The notes under the pieces are model-generated. The model did not search any database. It was given only the letters and a program-made list of their open reading frames with translations, and was not told the DNA's origin. Source: a virus. Taken from it: DNA of 64,000 nt. Made by a program: the position numbers and the translations under genes. Positions 37,098 through 46,659 of this stretch are shown here, in pieces (position 1 is the stretch's first letter; each line of letters begins with the position of its first letter). The stretch is taken from positions 64,001 through 128,000 of IMG/VR virus record IMGVR_UViG_3300023199_000127. One strand, written 5' to 3'.

Positions 37098-37873
37098 TAG
37101 GGGTAGCTTGCAACGTTACCCGCATTGCGGATCACGTACTTTCCAGGGTTAGGGTCTTGATTAATGGGCAGGTTATTGAAATGCTGGTCATGAAACTTAG
37201 GTGTCGCATGTACACCACCTTCACGACCGATATGATTACTACGAGAGAATGCAGGCGTTAGGGTCATCAACGGCTTCTCTATAGCCATCATTGATGTAAT
37301 TGCCCAGTCCCAGCCTATATAGTGTTTACCCCATGCCTGTTTAGACTTGGAGTCATCATGCCAACTAGGCTTGAACCATCTCTCCCAACTGGGTCTAGTC
37401 ATTACCACGCCCAGAGCATTGAACGCCTTAGACTCCAGCAGACCAACAGGGTCTGCTGGGTTACTCCCATTATGGAAGTAGTTCAGACTAAGCCATCGTT
37501 CCTGATCAGCACGCGTAATATCCCAATACCAGTTCGCCATGCGTATTGCATCTTTCGAGAGGACTACATCCTCCTCCAGGTAGATGTTCATCTTTGAGTC
37601 GTCGTTAAACACACGACAAAGGGCAGCAAAAGGATTCTCTCGTACACCCATCCGTTTACGGTTAACGATGATCTCTTTGTGGGGCCAATCGAACTCTTCA
37701 CACACCTTCACAGTCTCAGCACATCCCGGTTCCAGAAAGCAATAGAGCTTCCAGTCCTTAAGCTTCCTGGAGTCCGGCGATTTCAGATCATTCTGCGCCA
37801 GGGTTTCCAGGGATTTTCTGAGATAGTGAGGCCTCTTCCAGCCTGTGATAGTAATCGTTCGCAGATCGGACAT
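37097..37873 (-). CDS. Glycosyltransferase, GT-A (GT13/GnT-I-like)
   Basis: WKRPHYLRKSL, YLEEDV, GWDW, SRSNHIG. Confidence 0.7.
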   Translation of the reverse strand: MSDLRTITITGWKRPHYLRKSLETLAQNDLKSPDSRKLKDWKLYCFLEPGCAETVKVCEEFDWPHKEIIVNRKRMGVRENPFAALCRVFNDDSKMNIYLEEDVVLSKDAIRMANWYWDITRADQERWLSLNYFHNGSNPADPVGLLESKAFNALGVVMTRPSWERWFKPSWHDDSKSKQAWGKHYIGWDWAITSMMAIEKPLMTLTPAFSRSNHIGREGGVHATPKFHDQHFNNLPINQDPNPGKYVIRNAGNVASYP

Positions 37874-37887
37874 TCTCTTGAGTCATT

Positions 37888-38232
37888 CTATCCCGCATGA
37901 ACTCGAAAAACCTGATCGAACCGCATGAAGTTATACATACAGCCCCCATCTACTATAGGACACTTAGGACCTGACAAAATGTACACAACGTCATCCACAT
38001 GAGTAGCTATAGGCGGCTGTTCTCCACCAATAATCCAGATGCCAGATTGACAAGTCAGGTACTTCAGATGGACACGTAGATTGCGCATAAACTCATGCGT
38101 CACAGCAATCTTTGCACCCTGCTTTTTACCAGAACGATTAAAATACCTACTATTAGGTCGATAATCGGATCTGATCACATCAGCATAGGGCAGAGGACGC
38201 TCTCCAGCTACTGCATGGACCATCAACGCCAT
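37888..38232 (-). CDS. Hypothetical protein
   Basis: 114 aa ORF. Confidence 0.5.
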   Translation of the reverse strand: MALMVHAVAGERPLPYADVIRSDYRPNSRYFNRSGKKQGAKIAVTHEFMRNLRVHLKYLTCQSGIWIIGGEQPPIATHVDDVVYILSGPKCPIVDGGCMYNFMRFDQVFRVHAG

Positions 38233-38234
38233 AA

Positions 38235-38615
38235 CTATTTCCTGGGCAGATCAGGCCGGCTAGCATTCTCCTGGGAGAGAATAGCATCCTTGGACGACGA
38301 AGGGATAATGATCTGAGACCCATTCGGATCATCGATCATCCTATTATCGTTCTCGTCAGCAGGATTCTCAAACCAGCGTGCATGACGGCAAAGGACATCA
38401 TGTCCTAGCTGCTTGATGAACCGATACTCGTTCCGTTCAGCGGCAACCAGATTAGACCACAACGCATACCCCTTATCCAGGGCCTCAGGCGAGAGGTAAA
38501 CCTCCTTGCCACGTGTGTAGTCAGAAATCCATGCCAATACATCCGGATCTGTATCATTCATCTGTAGCACTTGCTCAATGCCTAGTGCAATGCATTTCAC
38601 TCTGAGTTCGGTCAT
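38235..38615 (-). CDS. Hypothetical protein
   Basis: 126 aa; TAATG overlap. Confidence 0.6.
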   Translation of the reverse strand: MTELRVKCIALGIEQVLQMNDTDPDVLAWISDYTRGKEVYLSPEALDKGYALWSNLVAAERNEYRFIKQLGHDVLCRHARWFENPADENDNRMIDDPNGSQIIIPSSSKDAILSQENASRPDLPRK

Positions 38616-39682
38616 TAAATGGGACTCCCTTCGGTATCCTCCACCGGCTTAGGCTCAGCAGGAGCCAAGCTGGTGGGATTCTCCTGACGGATAGGACCGC
38701 CAGCCATGTGTTTGATGCCATGCTTGCACAAGGTATAGAACTCGCAGTACCTACACTGCCAGTCCCCCTTCTGAACGAGCGGATTACTATCATCCTTCAA
38801 TCGCTCAGGATCCTTCTTCACTGCATTTAGCACAGCCTTAGTCTGAGTCTTGTTCAGCTTGTCCCACCTACCGTGCTTGGCATACGTGTGGATACGAGCG
38901 TTGCTCCACTGGTCCACATAGTCCCCCTCAGGAACCTCCTTAGCACGAATATGCTTGACCAGTTGCTGGACTCGCTTGTACACCCCACGAACCGTTAGGT
39001 GCTTGAGGTTCCACAAGCCAGTCTCATTCTCCACACGAATGAAACGCTGATCATCCTCCACCTTTATGCCATATGCACCCTGGCCACCAAAGTACACAGT
39101 GTGCTCAACATAGTCCATGGAGTCACGGCACAGATAAAGCAGAGTACCCTTGATGTTGGGAATGAACTGACTATAGTAGTCTAAGTAGGGGATCATCTGC
39201 AACAGATGATCCTCCTTCGGAGTCATCTTGTTATCCACCGGCTGCATACAGCCCCTGGTACCCCAGAGACCAGTAGTCTTCATTTCGGTAGGGACCAGAA
39301 CCTCACCGTTCTCGGTGTTAACCGTCGGATCCGCAAGCCAGAAGTCGATCCGGCCTGAGATATTGAAACGAGGGTTCTTGAAGCTGGTTTCTGAACCACG
39401 CCAAAGCCCTGTCAGCTTGAACTTCTCCTCAATCATGTCCTGGAGATAGTTACCAGCCTCCATCTTCAACATGCCAGGTCCATCACGCTCAGTGTTGGTA
39501 GGTACGGCGCCGGTCAATCGATAGTACTGCTTACGCAGACAACCGCCAGCCACCTCCCGAAGCCCTGTATTCTCATCTGTGTAAGCAATGGAAGACTCAG
39601 AGGCATACAGACTAGTCGACTTGCGCTGGCTGGAGACCGGCGGGTCTACGATTGCTTGGGTGAGATGTTTCTTGAAAATCAT
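38615..39682 (-). CDS. Cas4-like PD-(D/E)xK exonuclease
   Basis: GCLRKQYY, SGRID, EMKT, QxxxY, CRYC..LC. Confidence 0.8.
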   Translation of the reverse strand: MIFKKHLTQAIVDPPVSSQRKSTSLYASESSIAYTDENTGLREVAGGCLRKQYYRLTGAVPTNTERDGPGMLKMEAGNYLQDMIEEKFKLTGLWRGSETSFKNPRFNISGRIDFWLADPTVNTENGEVLVPTEMKTTGLWGTRGCMQPVDNKMTPKEDHLLQMIPYLDYYSQFIPNIKGTLLYLCRDSMDYVEHTVYFGGQGAYGIKVEDDQRFIRVENETGLWNLKHLTVRGVYKRVQQLVKHIRAKEVPEGDYVDQWSNARIHTYAKHGRWDKLNKTQTKAVLNAVKKDPERLKDDSNPLVQKGDWQCRYCEFYTLCKHGIKHMAGGPIRQENPTSLAPAEPKPVEDTEGSPI

Positions 39683-39873
39683 CAGATGTCTTCTTGGCTA
39701 GGGGCATCAGCAGGACGCAAAATGATTTCATCAATGCGTCCCGGCACACCGATCAGGTCTGTAGTAACACCTTTGCCGGCATGCTTGTCATAGATGCGTT
39801 CGAGTTGTCGTTCCTCACGACTATTCTCAGGAATCAAATGGACGTCGTAGCCCTGGGTAATCTTCACTTTCAT
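39682..39873 (-). CDS. Hypothetical protein (63 aa)
   Basis: MKVKITQG.., ATG directly after the primase stop. Confidence 0.55.
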   Translation of the reverse strand: MKVKITQGYDVHLIPENSREERQLERIYDKHAGKGVTTDLIGVPGRIDEIILRPADAPSQEDI

Positions 39874-39874
39874 A

Positions 39875-42382
39875 TCAGAATTCTGGGGCTTCTTCTTGGT
39901 GATCGGCAACCCCAATGATGTTATCCACAAGGGCACCACTGTCTACAGATGTCATCTTCTTGATCTCATCCTCAACTTCCTCTCGCGAGGTAGGTATGAG
40001 ACGAGCACTCTCTTCATGAAACTTAAACCACAGGGTGCCCTTGAAGCTGTTTACCTTATTCTTCTCAATCTCCATCTGGACGACAGGGCGTTTACGAAGC
40101 TCCAGCTGCGGATTGTCAGCCTGATCCAACCAGTAATGCTCTGCCTTCTCTCTACGGTCATGTAGCTCGTTGTACAACACACCAACAAGCTTAGCACCAT
40201 AGGCGATCTTAGCCGTTTCGGCAGCATGCCAGAAACGGCCCTTCCCCTCAAACCCAGCCTTGGTCATCTCAAGAGACCAAAGCGAGGTGTAGTCAAGATG
40301 ATCAGAGCTATCCTGCGCCCACTGGAAGGCAGCCTTGAACCTAGCTCTATCTTCACCCTCACCACCGATATTGTGGAAGGAGTCACCGAAGAGAATCACC
40401 GGACGTCCGGTCTGATCCTGCACCGTTTTAATGAGTCGCTCAAAGACCTTGGTACTGTTGCCCAGGTTCGTACCCTGGATCACCAGCCGGCCAGAGTCGA
40501 CCCACTCGAGGATCTTGTCGCGCCACTGAACCCAGATGCGCTTCTGGTCCTCGTCCTTCCACACTCTCTCGTTAGGGAAGATCACGTCCTGAATGTTAAA
40601 GCCAGAGGCAATAGCCATAAGCTTAGCGAGAGTAGTCTCCCGCGGATCATCCAGGGACAAGTAAATGCACGCAGGTTCTGCGTTGTGCTGAATGATACCA
40701 GTGCACAAATTCCCTAGCGATGCTGACTTACCAACGTTAGGTCCCCCAAGAAAGCAGTAAACCTCCTTGGATTTCTTCAACCCCTTAAGGTGATGGTCCC
40801 AATTAGACATGCCAGTAAGCCAGCCAAGTTCACCTTCCTGGGTATTGGCGAACTTCTCAAAGGCTCCACGAGCAAACGACACAGTCTCGTCGGGGCGAGC
40901 CACCTCATCCTTCTCTCCCATGGTCTCAATAGTATCAACGGCATGGTAGAGCAGGTTCTTTTTGCTCCTGGAGTCCCTAGCACGACGCAGGTCCCACATG
41001 AGACGCTCAATTGCTGTCTCGACCTCCTTGTCTTCAATCGTATCGATCTCAGACCTGATGTCCTGTTCAGGAACGCCAGTGACATCTGCCAACTTACGGC
41101 AGAGCAACCCACGTTCAATAGGACTCTCCTCATTGAGGATGAAGCCAACCATCTCCTTGACGATATCCAGAGAGCCCATATCAGGCTCCTTCTGATACAC
41201 ACCAAGCTGATAGTCAAAAGCTGAAGTAGGCTGGTGGGCAAAGAAATTCGACAGGCCCTCTACAAGGTTAGGCCATGCACGAATATAGAAGTCAACATCC
41301 CTATCACTAGGAGGTGTTGCCTCATTGAAGGTCAGGAACATAGCCGTGACCCGTAGGCCCTTCTGGTTCCTGAACTTCTCGAGGTACTTGATCATGTTGG
41401 TCCGACCAACCTCATCTCCGTTAAGGACGAGGTTCACATGTCGGAAACCACATTCTCGAATTACCTCTACTTGCAAGTCAGTCAGTGCAGTGCCGCAAAG
41501 AGCGGCACAGCACGGATGACCTGCTAGGACTGCAGTAGCCCAGTCCATGTAGCTCTCGAAAACATCGAGACGCTTCATGGGATGCTGCTTGGCAACATGA
41601 ATGCCATACAGCAAGGTCTCCTTGCGTAGAATCATGCACTTCTCCTGCGAAGTAATCTGATACTTCGGAGGATAGTACTGACCAGCCGCCATATAACTCT
41701 TGTACTCTTCCTTGTCGAACAGAGTATAGCGGCGGTCAAAGCCCACGATCTTTCCCTTGAAGTCGCGAAGTGTAATCGTCATGCGATCCAGGCCAATTTT
41801 GTCCTGGTTAATGCCTGAAGACTTCACGTACTCACGGGAAAACCCGCGGTTCTGGATCTCAGTGATGAACTGCTCCCAGTTCACCACACCGATCCCATGT
41901 TCAAGCTGGAAGCCATGTGGAATCCCTCTATTTCTCACGTACTCCTGGTTCTCAGGGTACTTCTCGATGAGGTCCACAATAATCTCTGCTGCAGCAGTAT
42001 AGAGACGTTCCTGTTTAAGCTCTTGCAACTCTTGCTCAGAAAGCTCCAGCTTTTCATGAGGAATACGATACTTCTCTGCCAGGAAGTACACGTTATCGAA
42101 CAGGAATCCCTTCCCATCCAACGGTTTGCCATCGAAGATATTAGCCGCATGGAAGATATCAAGCACACGACCACACCCGAAACACTTCAAGAAGGTTTCA
42201 GGCTCAGTATCGTTGCGCTTCAAGTACCCCATTGAAGGGGTCTTGTCATTATGCTGCGGATGAATGCAGCACGTCTTGCCGGCCTGCGTAAAGGTTACTC
42301 CATGTTCCTGGAGATAATCGGGCAAGTATGCCCGAACCTTCTTTAGCAAGGCCTCAAATGCGGGATCGTCTCTACGGCTCAT
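39875..42382 (-). CDS. DNA primase-helicase (CHC2 zinc finger + Toprim + DnaB-like SF4)
   Basis: CCIHPQHNDKTPS..CFGC; ESYMD / NGD; GGPNVGKS; FGDSFH. Confidence 0.9.
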   Translation of the reverse strand: MSRRDDPAFEALLKKVRAYLPDYLQEHGVTFTQAGKTCCIHPQHNDKTPSMGYLKRNDTEPETFLKCFGCGRVLDIFHAANIFDGKPLDGKGFLFDNVYFLAEKYRIPHEKLELSEQELQELKQERLYTAAAEIIVDLIEKYPENQEYVRNRGIPHGFQLEHGIGVVNWEQFITEIQNRGFSREYVKSSGINQDKIGLDRMTITLRDFKGKIVGFDRRYTLFDKEEYKSYMAAGQYYPPKYQITSQEKCMILRKETLLYGIHVAKQHPMKRLDVFESYMDWATAVLAGHPCCAALCGTALTDLQVEVIRECGFRHVNLVLNGDEVGRTNMIKYLEKFRNQKGLRVTAMFLTFNEATPPSDRDVDFYIRAWPNLVEGLSNFFAHQPTSAFDYQLGVYQKEPDMGSLDIVKEMVGFILNEESPIERGLLCRKLADVTGVPEQDIRSEIDTIEDKEVETAIERLMWDLRRARDSRSKKNLLYHAVDTIETMGEKDEVARPDETVSFARGAFEKFANTQEGELGWLTGMSNWDHHLKGLKKSKEVYCFLGGPNVGKSASLGNLCTGIIQHNAEPACIYLSLDDPRETTLAKLMAIASGFNIQDVIFPNERVWKDEDQKRIWVQWRDKILEWVDSGRLVIQGTNLGNSTKVFERLIKTVQDQTGRPVILFGDSFHNIGGEGEDRARFKAAFQWAQDSSDHLDYTSLWSLEMTKAGFEGKGRFWHAAETAKIAYGAKLVGVLYNELHDRREKAEHYWLDQADNPQLELRKRPVVQMEIEKNKVNSFKGTLWFKFHEESARLIPTSREEVEDEIKKMTSVDSGALVDNIIGVADHQEEAPEF

Positions 42383-42557
42383 CCTCTATTTTGGCTTTCT
42401 GTAACCACCTCGGTAGTCTATTCCGCCCCACCCGGAGAAAGGTGGCAACCTTTCTACGGGAACCTAGACGTTCTAGCAGATACCGCAGGTAGTGCTCTCC
42501 TGTGGTGTCCTCAGCGAAGAGCAGCTTACGCAGACTTCGGGCTGAGGGTTCCGGCAT
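42372..42557 (-). CDS. Small HTH (Fis-like) protein
   Basis: 61 aa from ATG 42557; LGSRRKVATFLRVGRNRLPRWL. Confidence 0.55.
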   Translation of the reverse strand: MPEPSARSLRKLLFAEDTTGEHYLRYLLERLGSRRKVATFLRVGRNRLPRWLQKAKIEDEP

Positions 42558-43749
42558 TGTACAGCTCAGCCATCCGCTCGGCAACAAGCTTTGCGATGGC
42601 AGGGATGCTACAGGTCTCTTCAACAGCTTCTTGTCCAGCCTGACGCATGGCATCCACCTTGTCACGATCCCACTGCATGGCTTCAATGATCCTTGCAGTA
42701 GCTCCGTACATATCAATACGAGCCCACCATTGATCAGCTCGATACCACGGGTTATAACTCATCCCGTAAACCGGCTCCATGGTAAAAGGCAAGAGGATGC
42801 CAGACTCACCATCCTGGATATAGTCCGTGGGACCTCCCCAGCCTGTATGGGCAGCAATGCAACCCGAGGCCATAGCCTGTACGACGGGGAAGGCAAAGCC
42901 TTCACCACGGCTAAACGAAACGTACATATCCACAGTCTGGAACCACTGAGCAATCTCATCATCAGAGAGATGCTCAGTGAGCATAAAGATGTCGGCGCCT
43001 TTCACCTCCTCAGGACCAAACTGCACTAGGCTACGACATGCTTGCACACGATCGAAGACCTGTTGCTGCTGGCTACCTTCAATGTGACTTCCATAGGTTT
43101 TGATCAGACCAGCGACCTTCTTGCCGCTGAACTGAGTCATCAACCAGATAAGCCACTCCTCAATGTTCTTACGCTTGGTCCACTGGCCCATAAATCCGAT
43201 GACAAACGGACGCTCCTCTCGGGGAATCTCATTTCCCATAGCGTCCACAGTCAGACCAGTGATAGGCAACTCTTCCAAACCAGATCGATGTAGAGAAGTA
43301 TCTACGGGACCAGGCATCACAGTTACAGGAACTGTGACTCCACTACGTGAAAATGCCTTCTTCGCATCTGTACTAGAAGTCCAGATCTCGTCCATACGAT
43401 TCATCTGTGTGACCCAGTTCAACCTGGGCTGTCCATGCATGTCCGTATCTGGGATGCGAGTAGTCTCCCACTGCGTGAATCCAATGTTATACCGATCCGG
43501 CTGGGGATTGTAGAACTCTGGAGTCTCGAAGTGGATAGCCACATCAGGATCATCCCACGATTTTGAGGCAAGATCCTTGTAGTGCTGACGCTGCGCAGAA
43601 TCCATGCGAATAGTAGCAGAATCATGCTTGTTCGGCTGTAGCTTGATATCAAGATCTTCAACAAGCTCCATAGACTTGAGAAGATTACGGGCGTGAGTCG
43701 AATAGCCAGAAGGGCTATCGATGTCGGTAACAAATAGAACCTTAATCAC
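42526..43749 (-). CDS. Glycosyltransferase GT4 (GT-B)
   Basis: SGYSTHAR, QWETT, RKNIE, SRGEGFAFPVVQAMASG. Confidence 0.85.
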   Translation of the reverse strand: MIKVLFVTDIDSPSGYSTHARNLLKSMELVEDLDIKLQPNKHDSATIRMDSAQRQHYKDLASKSWDDPDVAIHFETPEFYNPQPDRYNIGFTQWETTRIPDTDMHGQPRLNWVTQMNRMDEIWTSSTDAKKAFSRSGVTVPVTVMPGPVDTSLHRSGLEELPITGLTVDAMGNEIPREERPFVIGFMGQWTKRKNIEEWLIWLMTQFSGKKVAGLIKTYGSHIEGSQQQQVFDRVQACRSLVQFGPEEVKGADIFMLTEHLSDDEIAQWFQTVDMYVSFSRGEGFAFPVVQAMASGCIAAHTGWGGPTDYIQDGESGILLPFTMEPVYGMSYNPWYRADQWWARIDMYGATARIIEAMQWDRDKVDAMRQAGQEAVEETCSIPAIAKLVAERMAELYNAGTLSPKSA

Positions 43750-45086
43750 AGTCGAACTCCGAAAGCAGAACGCCCCTCCTGGGCAGCTAAATCATCAAGC
43801 AGTTTCTTCCACTGAGCAGCAATGATGGTGTAGTCAAAATTCTCTACCACTGAACGTCGTCCTGCACGTCCCATAGACTTACGCATCTCCTTGTTCTGCG
43901 CAAGCAGGTAACAGTGCAAGACACACTGTGCAATATCAGGAATCACCCGCTCGATACCTGAGCCGTGCTCCGTAATACGAGCAGCCTCCGGCACAGCAAT
44001 GCCACCAATCTGTTTCCCAACCTCTCCTTGTCCAGAGTAGTCTGAGTAAATCACAGGCACGCCGGCTGCGGCAGCCTCAATCAGAGGCATGCCGAAGCCC
44101 TCACCACCAGACATCGACACATACATGTCGAACAGGTTGTAGACGTCGTTCATGGCCCCATCATCAAAGCCCTTGGTGTGACCCAGGCCTTGCGTGTAGA
44201 TCACTTCGCCCTTCTGGCCCCACAGTTCCTCCTGGTAGGGGAAGTTGATACCTCCCTCCTGAGCAAAACTGTGCACCCAGAAACGCATGTTCGGCATAGC
44301 CTTGGGATGAATCCAGTCACCACTCGTATTTCCTTGAGGTGCATATCCCTTACGTGCATTGCGATCGTAATGTCCAAGTTCCACGCCACCATCTGCCTTG
44401 TACATCCAATTTCCTGAACGCAGATAATACTGAATCGGGTATATGATCCAGGGCATCTTACGAAACTGATTCTTACCAACGAAGCCCATCACGATGGCAT
44501 CCTTGGAGTACCGTGAGCCCAGCGCATGCTTACGCAAGTTCTCTCGCTGATCATCGGATAGAGGCTTAAACACCTCAGGATCTACACCATGATAAACAGT
44601 CTCCGCAGAACCACCAGTCAAACTCTGCATGGCCTTAGAACCCCACTTGGTGACACCCACCAGCAGATCACACTGCTGCAGGGTGTCCTTGTACACCGAG
44701 GGGATCGGCTCTCCATCTATGGGAATCCACAGTGCAAGCTTGAAACCCATAGTGCGACGCCACTCTGCAAGGTGTTCAATCATGTATGCATCAGCCAAAG
44801 ACCAGACAATGTCTGGTCTCATCTGATGCACCAGACGACCAAAGGACTGTGCTCCATATCGATCCCCCTCCTGTAGCATCGGTCGACCCTCAGGATCGAA
44901 ACCTGCATTGGTGGGGTAAATCTCAAAAGGAACCTCTAGTCCTTCGATCGTCTTCTGATGGAACCACGCATGCTGAGCAATACGATACTGACCTGTCTGC
45001 AAAAGTGCAGTCCAGAGGTCGCGAGTAATGCGACCAAAAGACGTGTGCGTTGCAGCACTGTAAGTGGACAACAGGATCTTGGTCAT
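43746..45086 (-). CDS. Glycosyltransferase GT4 (GT-B)
   Basis: HGVD..F.PL, NQFRK, GEGFGMPLIEAAAAGVPV (EX7E). Confidence 0.9.
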   Translation of the reverse strand: MTKILLSTYSAATHTSFGRITRDLWTALLQTGQYRIAQHAWFHQKTIEGLEVPFEIYPTNAGFDPEGRPMLQEGDRYGAQSFGRLVHQMRPDIVWSLADAYMIEHLAEWRRTMGFKLALWIPIDGEPIPSVYKDTLQQCDLLVGVTKWGSKAMQSLTGGSAETVYHGVDPEVFKPLSDDQRENLRKHALGSRYSKDAIVMGFVGKNQFRKMPWIIYPIQYYLRSGNWMYKADGGVELGHYDRNARKGYAPQGNTSGDWIHPKAMPNMRFWVHSFAQEGGINFPYQEELWGQKGEVIYTQGLGHTKGFDDGAMNDVYNLFDMYVSMSGGEGFGMPLIEAAAAGVPVIYSDYSGQGEVGKQIGGIAVPEAARITEHGSGIERVIPDIAQCVLHCYLLAQNKEMRKSMGRAGRRSVVENFDYTIIAAQWKKLLDDLAAQEGRSAFGVRL

Positions 45087-45952
45087 TTCATTCGGTTCTT
45101 CAGAACTTCAATATCGTGCTTATGCACGCGCCCTGTGTGGGCCTCGTTGCAGATTTTCTGGAATGGACAGGTTCTACACCTGCTCATATGCGGGGTCTGA
45201 AATACCACATTCTCCTGCATACCCCGCACCAGATTTTTCAGTGTAGCAGAGAAGCCACGATTTCGCACCCTGATGGTCTTTATCTCTGGAGACTGGGATC
45301 TATGCCAGGGACTGAAGGAGACGTGATGAATCTGAGCCTTGGGCTCCGCGTCCCGCAATACCGCCTGAGTCCAGGCCCCCTTGATAGGGTAGAACCGTGG
45401 AGAGGACAAGGAACTCTTCTCATTGGTGATATGGAGGACGATTGGCCCATGACAGTACGTTCTGTCTCGAGCCATCATGATTCCATCCAGCTCACCCTCA
45501 ATGACGTGCCCCCAGAGCTCCACAGCGGCCGGCAGACGGCCTGCAGAGATCTCGAAGTCTCCTCGGTAGCTAGTCCACCTAGCGAACTCCTGGAGGGCCA
45601 GAGAGCCCTCCTGGAGGTACAGGGAGTACTTGGCAGCCTGGTCTAGCATCCCACCAGCTGCACTGAAGCCCTTAGAGAGCACCTTCTTGAAGATCTCGAC
45701 AGCCTGAGAGGCTGGCGATCGCTTCGAATTTGCTCCCACCTCAGTCATCTTGTACGCATAGTGACTAATCGCTTCGCGTACAGATTCGTAGTACACCTGC
45801 TCAAGATCCCGCTCCGCATGGGGCAAGCTCCACTGGTACTGATACCGCCATTTCAATGAACAGTATCCATAGGTCAGGATCTCATTGATGTGCATGAATA
45901 AAGGAGCCCAGGGTGAACCCCCGGGTTCCCCATTGCAAGAAGCATCCTCCAT
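45083..45952 (-). CDS. Cas4/AddB-like protein, probably catalytically degenerate
   Basis: YCSLKWRY..CRTCPFQKIC four-Cys set; EGELD present but ExK replaced by LHI. Confidence 0.6.
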   Translation of the reverse strand: MEDASCNGEPGGSPWAPLFMHINEILTYGYCSLKWRYQYQWSLPHAERDLEQVYYESVREAISHYAYKMTEVGANSKRSPASQAVEIFKKVLSKGFSAAGGMLDQAAKYSLYLQEGSLALQEFARWTSYRGDFEISAGRLPAAVELWGHVIEGELDGIMMARDRTYCHGPIVLHITNEKSSLSSPRFYPIKGAWTQAVLRDAEPKAQIHHVSFSPWHRSQSPEIKTIRVRNRGFSATLKNLVRGMQENVVFQTPHMSRCRTCPFQKICNEAHTGRVHKHDIEVLKNRMK

Positions 45953-45967
45953 GACGAAGGTTTTATT

Positions 45968-46468
45968 CTAGTCGGACTTGGGCTCGATCGCAAGAACATC
46001 TGACCAATCGATCACGTCGATGGACAGAGCCTTGGCGCCAACGGTGAGACCAATCTTCTTCTGCCCAATGGGCGGATAGTAGATGAGATCACCCGTATGC
46101 ACCTCAGAAACCGGGAGGTAGTCCACCTCCAGTTCGAGATTGCTCTTGATGATGTCAAAGCTCAGTGACTCATCCGTCATCTGGAAGCCGGCGGCCTGCA
46201 GCACGCCTGCTTTCAGATGATTGTTCTGGATGATCACAGCAATGTCCTTGCTGGGCCGAATCACCATGCCCTTCTTAGCAGCTGCCTGGTGAATATCCTG
46301 GGCATTCTGGGGCATATAGATTCGGCCGATCTTCTCCTCCTTGGGGAACTCCACAACGAGGATGCGAGAGCCATGAACCTGAAGGTTCTGTGCCTTCTCC
46401 AGAAGGAGCTTCATCTCCTCCTTAGTAAGGGGCTCTTGATTCTTAGGGGCTTCTTGAATGAGATCCAT
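45968..46468 (-). CDS. groES: GroES/Cpn10-like co-chaperonin, enlarged (166 aa)
   Basis: GAGG SD; HGSRILV..EEKIGRIYMP..GMV..VHTGDLIYY..DVLAI. Confidence 0.75.
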   Translation of the reverse strand: MDLIQEAPKNQEPLTKEEMKLLLEKAQNLQVHGSRILVVEFPKEEKIGRIYMPQNAQDIHQAAAKKGMVIRPSKDIAVIIQNNHLKAGVLQAAGFQMTDESLSFDIIKSNLELEVDYLPVSEVHTGDLIYYPPIGQKKIGLTVGAKALSIDVIDWSDVLAIEPKSD

Positions 46469-46479
46469 GTTTCCTCTAC

Positions 46480-46506
46480 AAAAAAGGTGGGGGCCCGAAG
46501 GCCCCC
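46480..46506 (-). terminator. Rho-independent terminator downstream of tRNA-Asn
   Basis: GGGGGCC-TTCG-GGCCCCC followed by ACC and a T6 tract on the - strand. Confidence 0.85.
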
Positions 46507-46545
46507 GATTCACACAACAACAGGAGTCGCAAACTGGCCGAAGCC

Positions 46546-46621
46546 TGGCTGTGGGGGCAGGAATTGAACCTGCGACCAACGCATTAACAGTGCGCCGCTC
46601 TACCAACTGAGCTACCCCACA
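46546..46621 (-). tRNA. trnN: tRNA-Asn(GTT)
   Basis: Full cloverleaf; GCGCA-CTGTTAA-TGCGT; encoded CCA. Confidence 0.97.
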
Positions 46622-46633
46622 AACGGGTTGCTC

Positions 46634-46642
46634 AGTGTACCA
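46634..46642 (-). promoter_or_regulatory. Putative extended -10 promoter (TGGTACACT)
   Basis: 12 nt upstream of tRNA-Asn; identical to the clpP motif. Confidence 0.5.
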
Positions 46643-46659
46643 CTCCCAGACTAACTAGG

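Noticed and set aside
38615-39682. CRISPR-Cas system
   Set aside because: No repeat-spacer array or cas1/cas2; solo Cas4-like nucleases are common in phages.
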